Assembly: GCA_051870955.1 (NCBI GenBank)
Contig: JBJECJ010000025.1
Coordinates: forward strand, 126 to 64,125
Direction: 5' to 3'
Length of the DNA: 64,000 nucleotides
Source of the DNA: Paludibacteraceae bacterium
Lineage (GTDB): Bacteria; Bacteroidota; Bacteroidia; Bacteroidales; Paludibacteraceae
Below, in pieces: positions 48,331 to 57,008 of the stretch (within the stretch, counting starts at the first letter, position 1; each line of letters begins with the position of its first letter). The position numbers were made by a program, and so were the translations under genes. Below the pieces are notes generated by a model that had not been told where the DNA came from, did no database searches, and saw only the letters and a list, made by a program, of their open reading frames with translations.

Positions 48331-49988
48331 TTGCAATAAACATGTATAACAACACAACACTGTGCTTCGCTGAAAGTCAACGCAAGGGCATCGGTCGGTT
48401 CATCGAACTCTATCACATGTGTCGTATAGACGGGATTATAATTCTTGCCAGGAAACGCATAATGGACAGGTTGTCCGTTGATGGCGCTCAATACCGATGC
48501 CTGTTCGCTGTTTGAGAAACCGTGTACCACGACGCGCACTGCCCGTTTTCCTTCGGGAAGAGCAACGGCATGCTCGCAGGGTGTCAGTTTGATGGTTCCC
48601 AAACGGGCGTTGCTGTAGTCTTTGCCTTTGGTGTTGGAGAGCATGTCTGCGGTTACGGCAATCTGCGTCCAACCTTTGGCAGCAGCCTCTGCCGCGCCGT
48701 CCGTTAATTCTTTCCATACGGGATACTCGCCGTATATAACTTCCCAACACCAGTTGCCGAGGAATTGGTATTTGAAGCGGTTGGCTGCCATGAGGGATGT
48801 ACGCTGCGGAACACCCTGCCAGTCGATGATAGGCGGAGTATCTTCATAGTTGTACAGATAACGGTAGTACAGGTTCTGGAGCGTATCTTTGTAAATACCG
48901 TAAACGGGCTGATAGGCACGCGAGGGGTCATAGGATTCGCGGGCGTTGTCCGCTTCCATGTATTTATATTCGCGTCCTTTATAGACCACTTTGCGGGTTT
49001 TGTTGCGTGCCTCCAGATGTTTCACAAGGAGTTTCTGGGTCTTCTTGGCAGTCTTTCCTCCGAGTTGCACAAAGCGTCCCCAAAGGGCGTTACCGGGTTG
49101 GTCCACTATGCAACGGTCGTCTTCGCTATTCGCATTGACACACTTCTCAAGGGCTTTGTTTTCGAGTTTATGTGCATCGAGCCACGCGCAGGCATCGCTG
49201 ATACATTTCTGCAACTCGGGGGAAGGGTTCTCCACCGACATCAAGAACTCCAGCAGTGCTGCCGATTCGGCGCAGCAGAAGGCGGGTAGTTCGTGCGGAC
49301 GTCCTTCGGTTGGCAGATAAGGAGCCACCGTGTCGTGCTGCGCACACCAGATGGACTTGACCCCTTCGTCATCAATCTGACAACGGATGATACAGTCAAG
49401 CCCCCGCAGGAAAGCCATGCGGCATCGTTCGCGTGTGGCTTCATCGACGAGGTCTTGGAAGTGTCCCTTGTTCTCATACACATCACGGAGAATGAGCATG
49501 ACATTGGTCATCAAATCGTCGTTGAAGGTGATATAGTCCTGATAACTACCCTTACCGGATAGGGGCCAGTATTGGCTCCATCCGCCACAACCTTTCTGTG
49601 CCGCAAGTATCATCTCCAATGCTCGTAAGAACGACTGACGGTAGCGTTCATCCTTATGGTAATAGTACACATGGGCGAGGAAACGCATCTCTTGGGTAGT
49701 AGCGTAGTTGTCGAGGCACGAATGGTCTTTCTTCTTGCGCATGAGGTCCAGCATCTGGTCCTCGGTCAACTTGTGCATTTGGTCATTCTTCATCCAACCG
49801 CCATTGGTTTTCTGAACAGCCATCACTACCTCGGCTATCTGGCGGGCTTTATCCGAAGCATACCACTCTTCGGGCATGCGACCTTGGCACACGTGCCCCC
49901 ACTTCTGCTGCTCCAACGGCTTAGGCTCCGCAGCCCATACGGACCACGAAGCCATGACAGCCATCAGCAATATACCCAAATTTCTCAT
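48327..49988 (-). CDS. putative pectate lyase (PL10-like) with C-terminal GWT-type domain
   Basis: Same motifs as its paralog (QKTNGGWMKNDQ, LDNYATTQEMRFLA, CGGWSQYWPL). ATGA overlap with the next gene. Confidence 0.55.
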   Translation of the reverse strand: MRNLGILLMAVMASWSVWAAEPKPLEQQKWGHVCQGRMPEEWYASDKARQIAEVVMAVQKTNGGWMKNDQMHKLTEDQMLDLMRKKKDHSCLDNYATTQEMRFLAHVYYYHKDERYRQSFLRALEMILAAQKGCGGWSQYWPLSGKGSYQDYITFNDDLMTNVMLILRDVYENKGHFQDLVDEATRERCRMAFLRGLDCIIRCQIDDEGVKSIWCAQHDTVAPYLPTEGRPHELPAFCCAESAALLEFLMSVENPSPELQKCISDACAWLDAHKLENKALEKCVNANSEDDRCIVDQPGNALWGRFVQLGGKTAKKTQKLLVKHLEARNKTRKVVYKGREYKYMEADNARESYDPSRAYQPVYGIYKDTLQNLYYRYLYNYEDTPPIIDWQGVPQRTSLMAANRFKYQFLGNWCWEVIYGEYPVWKELTDGAAEAAAKGWTQIAVTADMLSNTKGKDYSNARLGTIKLTPCEHAVALPEGKRAVRVVVHGFSNSEQASVLSAINGQPVHYAFPGKNYNPVYTTHVIEFDEPTDALALTFSEAQCCVVIHVYCK

Positions 49989-52900
49989 TATAACTGTTTT
50001 CCTATAATAGTATATGTCTTGCCGTCTCGAAGAATGAACAACTGACCATCCTTCATCACCTTAGTACATTGTACAGCCTCTTCTGCATTCTCCATTCCTG
50101 TTGCCGTGGCTTTATAGGTTACTGCTGCGGAAGCGGCGCCGAGGCCGCCGAAGCGGTTGGCTGCCTTGACGCTATATTGCCCCGAGACGGTAAGGGAACA
50201 GGTGGCAGCGGTAGTCTGCGCGAAGAACTCGCCGTCTTTGAATACAACATAGAGCATCGCATCCTCTACGTCATCCCATGTCATAACCGCTCCATTCAGC
50301 ACCACGTTCGTCGGTGCTGCCACTTGTGCTGCCAAAGCCGCAGCGTCCCATGCGTCGGTACCGCCAAGGACATTGCGTGCCGTGAAAGCGGCAGCCTCGT
50401 CATCGGTCAGAATCGGCTTGTAGGTATTGGTGGAAGAGGGCGAGTTTTTACGACCCGAGAGGTCCACTACTGCATTGCTGCCATCGCGAGAGTCATACTC
50501 ATAGAAGTGGGTCGGCAGGTCGCTCATAGTGGTCCAACCGGCTGCGGCAGGCAGTACCTCCATCGTGGTGTGCAGGAAGTTAGCACGCGGCTCGTTCTGC
50601 CACGGACGACCTAAGTAGTACGAACCGTTCGTTATTGCGGTCGCACCTTCCATGGGTTTGATAGTACAATGGTCGAACACATATCCCCAGCGGTGAGAAG
50701 CGTTGGTAGAAGGTGCGGCAATCACATTGTCACCGCGGTTCTCCAGCACAAGGTCGGTGTGGTAATAATAGTTATCACCTCCGCCGCAGATAAAGTCCAC
50801 CGTTCCATGGATGGCGCAGTCCTCGAAATAAGCGCGATGACCGGTTACTTGGGTGTCTTGGTTGGAAAGCATACGCACGTTCTTCATAATGGTCTTGTCG
50901 CCGCCATAGATAGCCACTGCTACCCCGCCATTGAAAAGACCGTTGCCGTAGTCATGGGTGTTCTTCACCGTCAGGTCCTGCAGATAGAATCCGCTACGGT
51001 CGCGCAGGTTAAGTACCGGATTGCTGATACCATCAGTCTCTCCATAGAGAATCACGCCATCGCGACTCTCACCGATAAGCGATACATTATAGCACTTGAG
51101 TTGCACCAGCGATTTACCGGTGCCTACCTCCTTACCAAGGTTGTACTCACCATTTTTGATGAAGATAATCTTGCGCTCGGCTGTAGCCGCGGTGTTGGAT
51201 GCATTAATCTCGGTGAAGGCAGCCATCAGTCCTTCGACAGTGCTTACTACATAGTCATATCCCGCCTTTTCCACAGCCTCTTTGGCAGGTATATTCACCG
51301 CTACCTCGATAGCCGTCGTCGTAACATTGCTATAGGTGTCTTGAACTGCTCCCGCAGCAATGGTCAGCGTGTTATTCGATGCGTACGCTAAGTCCCATAC
51401 CGTGAAGTAGAGCGTAGCAGCACCGCCCTGAGCCGTTACTGTATTCCCTCCAATAGTAGCGGTTACGTTGTTGGCTATCACGCGGTCGAAGGTCAGTGCC
51501 ACCACTGCATCGTTGTCGTTGATGGTAACACTCTCTGCGGTCTTCTCCGGTGCAGTAGTCGGTATCACTTTGACGGTCGTCAACTCAATCCAGCACATCG
51601 GCTGACCTTTCTTAGGCAGTTCGAACACGATATCTTTACCTGCCGTATGACCTTCTATATTGACCACGAGGTCATATTTGTCTCCCTCCGTGCTGTGGTA
51701 GAACTTGTTCTTCGTCGGGATATAGGCTGTAGCACCTTCCGAGGTTACAGATTGCAGGCGGGCGTCGTTGCCTGCGTAGTTATTGCTGCACTCCTTGAAA
51801 ATCAACTGCTTGACGGCAATATCAGCCGGCACAGAGATAGTATAGGTGCTGCCGTTCATCTTGAAATACTGGTTGTAGCCGTCCAGACTCGTTGTGGTAA
51901 GGGTATAAACGCCATTCGTCCACACGCCGTCTGCGCGCTCGCCTTCGTTGTTCTTGATAGCCACAGCCGTCTCTTCGCCGGTAGGAGTATAAATGTGTAC
52001 ATTGTTCAGTACCAGTTTGTAGTCGCGTGTAATTGTGCCACCTCCTATGGAACCATGGATGATATAAGTGTATGTATTGCCATCTACTAACGGTTCCCCG
52101 ACAGACGCGTTTGTTTCGTCAATCTGTACCGCTGATACCGTTGGTTTCGAAGTGTAGCAACTTGCCACCGTTGCGGTATAACCGGTCTCGCTGTTGTTAA
52201 TATCCGTCAATACATCTACTACTACACCATCCACCATTACACCGGTCAACGATATTTCTCCTATCCGAGATACTCGATAGGTGTAGGTAGATTTCGGAGC
52301 GGTGCAACCATCATTAGGAGTCAAAGTGAAAGTAACATCCGTGTATTTGTTATGAGCCGGTACGGGAATAGTAAAGTTATTGCCGTTTTCTGTTACTACA
52401 ACCGTAGCCCCCTCATCATTCACCGCCGTAGCCGTTACCGTACCGTTTTCCACGCTCAATCCAATAGTTATGTTTTCCGCTGCAAAGTTGTAGGGCAAGT
52501 AGCATTTCCAATCGGTTACATCGCCGGCAGCAGTAGTCTGTCCGTCAATCGTTGCGTCCGTTATTGCAGCCCGCGCGCCGTCAATACCAAGACTTAATAC
52601 CTTGTAATTGCAGAGATAATTGGCAGTGGTAGAAACCGTCATCTTCATGGATTTGTATCCTGCTGTTATATTTCCCAATTCAAAAGAGGTTGCATTGTCC
52701 ACATCTTTACAAACAGCACTGGTAATGGCAATATCCTTATTCACCTCTATGTTTCCGGAACTAAGGTCTGCTATCTGCACATTCAAAGTGCCGTCACCAT
52801 AGTATTTTAAGCCGATATTCAGCGTAGCCGTTCCATCATAAGTCGCATACAACGAAGGATAATACGCACTTGCACCATTACTCATATAACCCACATTACC

Positions 52901-53461
52901 CGCGCTCTCCAATCTTGCGGTTTGGTATGTTCCTTTACTCAGTGTAATATCCCCAGGCATTTCATCCAAGGTGGCGAGATAAGCCGATTTATTATATACG
53001 CCGATACTGCCTAAGTTGCAAACATAACTGCCACTATTAGCAAAAGAGAACTGCAATGAAACAGTTCCTGCCGGTACGGTACCCAAGTCAAACACATGCT
53101 TCGTAACAGGAGTCCAAGCACCGGTATTTTCGATAGATACAGCACCTGTCGTGTAGATGTCCGATGTGCCATCATTCAGCGTAACGGTTACATTAGGGTT
53201 GCTGGTATTGTTATTTCCCGTTAGGAAAGTCAATACCATCTCTTGTGCGGTTGCATTAGTCAGCGTAAATGTATCCGTTGCACCGTTTTGTATGCCTCCC
53301 AAGTTACCATTATCATTATTATTGATGGTTCCTGAGGTAGAAGACTCGCTGGTAGTTAAATAATTGCCGGTAGTTAGCGGAATAGCAATTGTTCCCGCCA
53401 ATAGTCTTACACTGCCTGCCAACAATAGGGCAAGCAAGAGGATTGATTTAATGTTTTTCAT
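49988..53461 (-). CDS. multidomain pectinesterase (CE8) with about 700-aa N-terminal beta-sandwich region
   Basis: CE8 motifs IFIKNGEY, SNQDT, GTVDFICGG and YYLGRPW in the C-terminal half, a signal peptide and the C-terminal tag. TAATG overlap with the downstream lyase. Confidence 0.8.
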   Translation of the reverse strand: MKNIKSILLLALLLAGSVRLLAGTIAIPLTTGNYLTTSESSTSGTINNNDNGNLGGIQNGATDTFTLTNATAQEMVLTFLTGNNNTSNPNVTVTLNDGTSDIYTTGAVSIENTGAWTPVTKHVFDLGTVPAGTVSLQFSFANSGSYVCNLGSIGVYNKSAYLATLDEMPGDITLSKGTYQTARLESAGNVGYMSNGASAYYPSLYATYDGTATLNIGLKYYGDGTLNVQIADLSSGNIEVNKDIAITSAVCKDVDNATSFELGNITAGYKSMKMTVSTTANYLCNYKVLSLGIDGARAAITDATIDGQTTAAGDVTDWKCYLPYNFAAENITIGLSVENGTVTATAVNDEGATVVVTENGNNFTIPVPAHNKYTDVTFTLTPNDGCTAPKSTYTYRVSRIGEISLTGVMVDGVVVDVLTDINNSETGYTATVASCYTSKPTVSAVQIDETNASVGEPLVDGNTYTYIIHGSIGGGTITRDYKLVLNNVHIYTPTGEETAVAIKNNEGERADGVWTNGVYTLTTTSLDGYNQYFKMNGSTYTISVPADIAVKQLIFKECSNNYAGNDARLQSVTSEGATAYIPTKNKFYHSTEGDKYDLVVNIEGHTAGKDIVFELPKKGQPMCWIELTTVKVIPTTAPEKTAESVTINDNDAVVALTFDRVIANNVTATIGGNTVTAQGGAATLYFTVWDLAYASNNTLTIAAGAVQDTYSNVTTTAIEVAVNIPAKEAVEKAGYDYVVSTVEGLMAAFTEINASNTAATAERKIIFIKNGEYNLGKEVGTGKSLVQLKCYNVSLIGESRDGVILYGETDGISNPVLNLRDRSGFYLQDLTVKNTHDYGNGLFNGGVAVAIYGGDKTIMKNVRMLSNQDTQVTGHRAYFEDCAIHGTVDFICGGGDNYYYHTDLVLENRGDNVIAAPSTNASHRWGYVFDHCTIKPMEGATAITNGSYYLGRPWQNEPRANFLHTTMEVLPAAAGWTTMSDLPTHFYEYDSRDGSNAVVDLSGRKNSPSSTNTYKPILTDDEAAAFTARNVLGGTDAWDAAALAAQVAAPTNVVLNGAVMTWDDVEDAMLYVVFKDGEFFAQTTAATCSLTVSGQYSVKAANRFGGLGAASAAVTYKATATGMENAEEAVQCTKVMKDGQLFILRDGKTYTIIGKQL

Positions 53462-53520
53462 TGCAATATCTTTATTTGTTGATTAGTTGTTTATTCATTC
53501 TTCCTTATACCAAATCAGCA

Positions 53521-53564
53521 TTGACTGTCGATTGACTGTCGGTTGACCGTCGGCTGACCGTCGG
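53521..53564. repeat. 11-bp tandem array ttgac(t/c)gtcg(a/g), 4 units
   Basis: Units start at 53521, 53532, 53543 and 53554. The array lies between the predicted promoter and the CE8 start codon. Confidence 0.8.
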
Positions 53565-53603
53565 TATTGATAGCATTAGGGTTTGTCATTTCCAATTGCG
53601 TTG

Positions 53604-53645
53604 CAAAGATAACACTATTATCGCACATACGAGTGGAATAATTCA
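53604..53645 (-). promoter_or_regulatory. internal promoter upstream of the CE8 gene
   Basis: Minus-strand -7 box TATCTTTG at 53604-53611, followed by CAACGCAA. Confidence 0.5.
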
Positions 53646-53689
53646 CCAAAAGGTTGGAAATACACACCAATAGGCAGTTTTTACGCACA

Positions 53690-53719
53690 AAAGAAACGCC
53701 CCGAAGGACGTTTCTTTTG
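53690..53719. terminator. hairpin terminator after the GH3 gene
   Basis: aaagaaacg / cgtttcttt stem flanked by A and T runs. Confidence 0.7.
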
Positions 53720-53737
53720 CTCTAATCGCTAAACGAT

Positions 53738-56700
53738 TTACTTCTTGAAATACTTTACTCCGTTGAGGACGTAGATGCCAGAGGGGAGAGTGTCGAAGAT
53801 ATCGGCTTTTCCGATGTACGCGCCCAGAACCGTATAGATATGGTCGGACTCTCTCAGTTGCTCTTTGGTCTCCACGGTTTCAAACTCCGTTGGCGGGTTG
53901 CTGATATAGGTTTCTTTGGCAACACCTGCGGCGGTAACGATGGTTGCAGTCCGTCGGATGTCGGCGGAGGACGCTGCCAGTTCGAGGGTAACGGTGGCAC
54001 CCTCCACTTCGTAGCGGTGCGTCATCTCGTTGAAATAACTGAACTGCTCGTATTTCACAGGGAAAGTAACGGTCTCCGTCTCTCCTGCTGCCACTTCCAC
54101 CCGCTCAAAACCGATGAGTTTGCGATTCTTCTTACCATTCTCCCCCACGCCGTTCCAGTTAGCGTAGAGTTGCACCACTTCTGCACCGTCACGGCTACCC
54201 GTGTTGGTGATGGTTGCCGTTACTTGAATCGTACTGTCAGCAGCCACGGAAGCTGGTGCTTGGAGGTCGTTGTAAGCAAAGGTGGTGTAACTCAGACCGT
54301 AGCCGAAGGGGAACAAGGGCTCCGCTGCCTGGCGTTGATGTTTGGCTTTGCCGTAATACATATAGGTGTAGCCCCATTTATCTATGTCATAGAACATCAT
54401 GCCGTTCTGATTGCGTTTGAACGGTACCGCCTCCGCTTCTTCATCGGCGCGGCAGGGCAGTTCTTCCACGCTGTTGTACCATGTGGATGTCAGTTTCCCG
54501 CTCGGGTTGATGTCTCCGTAGATGGCATCGCAGATAGCCTGTCCCTGCGCCTGACCGCCGTACCATGCTTCCATGATGGCGGGCACGCTGTCTTTTGCCC
54601 ATCGGATGTCCAGCGATGAGCCGGACTCGAGCAGCAGCACCGTGTTGGGGTTGGCACGCCTCAGGGCTTTGAGCATCGCTTCTTGGTTGCCGGGCAGGGT
54701 GAGCGACCAGCGGTCGTGTCCCTCGGTACCGGTAGCATGGTCGGCAGGTTTCTCATAGTTGGTTCCCGTGAGGAAGATAACGACATCCGCACGTTGTGCC
54801 ACCGCTACCGCACGCGCAATCTGTTCGTCCGTATAGATGTCATTCACACCGGCAGTAGGCGAGTAGAGATACAGCGGACCTACGGTCTCAAGGGCTGAGA
54901 CGGGTTCATCCACAGGATTTGTCGGATTAGAGAACTCGAACGACTTGTAGTTGCCGCAGTAACTTTGTGTGCCGCTGAACTTCACGAATAGCGTGTGCGT
55001 CCCGTTGACGACGGTCGGGTCTATGGTTGCTTTCACGGTGTCCCAAGTCGTCCAGCCACCGGTTTCCTTGTTATTGACGGTCAGGAAAGGGGCGTTGTCT
55101 TTGCTATCCAAGATAAAGGATACTTGTCCCACCCCCGAGGATTTGGCGCCGCATGTCATAACGAAATCCGTGCACCCCTGCGTACCGAAATAGACGTTGT
55201 CGTAGCGGAAGATGTCGCCCGGTGCGGTGTTCTCGAGATTGCCTGCGCCCTTGTCATTGTTGCTTGCACCGCGTTTGCTGACTACTGCGCTATCAAACGG
55301 CACTGCGGGGATGTTGCAACTACGGGCGGTGTTCTTGGGTTCTACGAACGCCAGTTTATCCTTGAATGCCTGATACGGAGTGGTGGTATAGGTCGGCGTA
55401 CCCGAGTAGTCGCCCAGCATGATGGCGTCGGCATAAGGACCGATGAGTGCCACGCTTTGCGTGGTATTGAGCGGCAGAAGATTGTTTTCGTTCTTGAGGA
55501 GCGTCATCGATTCCTGTGCTGCACGGAGCGCCAAGGCTTGATGTTCAGGGGTCTCCAAGGCGGGCACACCGCTGTTCCACGGACACTCGGAAGGCTCGAA
55601 CTCACCCAATGCGAAGCGGGTCTCCAAGATTGGGATAAGCGCTTTATCTATGTCCTCTTCTGTAAGGACGACGTATTGCAGCATGTCATTGGCTTGGAAC
55701 AGCGGATTTACCGCATTCACGCCCGCACGCTGATAGACCGATGAGCGGGATTTGAACTCGCAGTTGGTGTTACAGCCGGCTTTGATGGCAAGTGCCGTAG
55801 AGCGCGCTTCCATCATCACCTGCTCATCTGTTGCATCCTCGTACGGATTATGTATGGAACTGAAAGCTACTGCTTCATCCAAAGTACCAAGCGTATAATC
55901 ACCAAAATATAGGTGCTTGGTGGCACGGTGAATGCACGCGATGGCAGCGCAGTCGGAGGTTACGTAGCCCGTGAAGCCCCACTCATTGCGAAGGATGTCG
56001 GTCAGCAGCATTTTGTTTCCCGAACAAGGAAGCCCGCCATGCGCGTCGGCATACCCTTTATTGTTGGCATCGACTTCCGTTGGGTCAATAGAGAAAGCGT
56101 TGTAAGCCGACATCAGCGACTTCACGTCAGCCTCCCTGACGGTAGCCTCGAATGCCGGCAGGTAGTACTCGCGCATGTTCTTTTCGGAAACGAAAGAGGT
56201 GGTCGACTGGCGCCCTGCCTCGTAGTTATTCGCAGCAAAGTGTTTTGCACAAGCCACCAACTTGAGGTAGTCAGTAGAGCGTGTGCCATCGAAGTTGGCG
56301 CCTTGGAAACCGCGAACGAAAGGTACTGCCAATTCTCCGGCTAAGAACGGGTCTTCTCCATAGTTCTCTTCCTCACGTCCCCAACGCGGGTCGCGTGCCA
56401 TATTGATGGTCGGAGACCAGTAATTGAGCCCCTTCTGGGTGTCCAGATAGTAACGGCGTGCCTCATCGGCAGTTACCGATGCACACTCATACACCAATTC
56501 GCGGTCCCACGTGGAGGACATGCCTTTGGATTCGGGAAACGAGGTGGCTGCCCCCGAACGCGCCACGCCGTGGATGGCTTCGTTCCAGTACTGATAATGG
56601 GGCAGTATGACCACGGGTGCAACGCCGCCGGTATCACGGGTGATGTCCTCCGCTACGTTGTTGCCCAACTGGTCCACTTTCTCACGGAGCGTCAGTTCGT

Positions 56701-56833
56701 TACATAGCAACACAGCCCGCTCATGGAATGACTTGGAGGTGTCCAACCAAGGAAATCTCTGCACATCTTGCGCAGACAAAGACAATGTACAGAGTGAGAA
56801 TGTACAAAGTGCAAATAGAGTGATTCTTCGCAT
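53738..56833 (-). CDS. glycoside hydrolase family 3 (beta-xylosidase/glucosidase type) with inserted CBM6-like module
   Basis: KHFAANNYE, GYVTSDCAAI (nucleophile region) and a Fn3-like C-terminal domain. Start taken at MRRITLFAL because the longer ORF crosses its promoter. Confidence 0.88.
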   Translation of the reverse strand: MRRITLFALCTFSLCTLSLSAQDVQRFPWLDTSKSFHERAVLLCNELTLREKVDQLGNNVAEDITRDTGGVAPVVILPHYQYWNEAIHGVARSGAATSFPESKGMSSTWDRELVYECASVTADEARRYYLDTQKGLNYWSPTINMARDPRWGREEENYGEDPFLAGELAVPFVRGFQGANFDGTRSTDYLKLVACAKHFAANNYEAGRQSTTSFVSEKNMREYYLPAFEATVREADVKSLMSAYNAFSIDPTEVDANNKGYADAHGGLPCSGNKMLLTDILRNEWGFTGYVTSDCAAIACIHRATKHLYFGDYTLGTLDEAVAFSSIHNPYEDATDEQVMMEARSTALAIKAGCNTNCEFKSRSSVYQRAGVNAVNPLFQANDMLQYVVLTEEDIDKALIPILETRFALGEFEPSECPWNSGVPALETPEHQALALRAAQESMTLLKNENNLLPLNTTQSVALIGPYADAIMLGDYSGTPTYTTTPYQAFKDKLAFVEPKNTARSCNIPAVPFDSAVVSKRGASNNDKGAGNLENTAPGDIFRYDNVYFGTQGCTDFVMTCGAKSSGVGQVSFILDSKDNAPFLTVNNKETGGWTTWDTVKATIDPTVVNGTHTLFVKFSGTQSYCGNYKSFEFSNPTNPVDEPVSALETVGPLYLYSPTAGVNDIYTDEQIARAVAVAQRADVVIFLTGTNYEKPADHATGTEGHDRWSLTLPGNQEAMLKALRRANPNTVLLLESGSSLDIRWAKDSVPAIMEAWYGGQAQGQAICDAIYGDINPSGKLTSTWYNSVEELPCRADEEAEAVPFKRNQNGMMFYDIDKWGYTYMYYGKAKHQRQAAEPLFPFGYGLSYTTFAYNDLQAPASVAADSTIQVTATITNTGSRDGAEVVQLYANWNGVGENGKKNRKLIGFERVEVAAGETETVTFPVKYEQFSYFNEMTHRYEVEGATVTLELAASSADIRRTATIVTAAGVAKETYISNPPTEFETVETKEQLRESDHIYTVLGAYIGKADIFDTLPSGIYVLNGVKYFKK

Positions 56834-56876
56834 AATGTTTTTTATTAATGATTTACGGTTAAGATTAATTTTGGCA

Positions 56877-56920
56877 CAAAGATACTGCTTCCTGCGCTTA
56901 TATAAGTGCAATAATTTGCC
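56877..56920 (-). promoter_or_regulatory. promoter for the GH3 gene
   Basis: On the minus strand: attgcacttatat...GCAGTATCTTTGTG. Confidence 0.55.
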
Positions 56921-56953
56921 AAATCGGTGCAAAAACGAAAAAAAAAGAAATTA

Positions 56954-56985
56954 TTTGCATATGTCAGATGTTTTTATTATCTTTG
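56954..56985 (+). promoter_or_regulatory. promoter for the regulator gene
   Basis: aTTTGCatatg...TTATTATCTTTGCA, with the -7 box at 56978-56985. Confidence 0.55.
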
Positions 56986-57008
56986 CACACCATTTCTGAT
57001 TCACCGCC

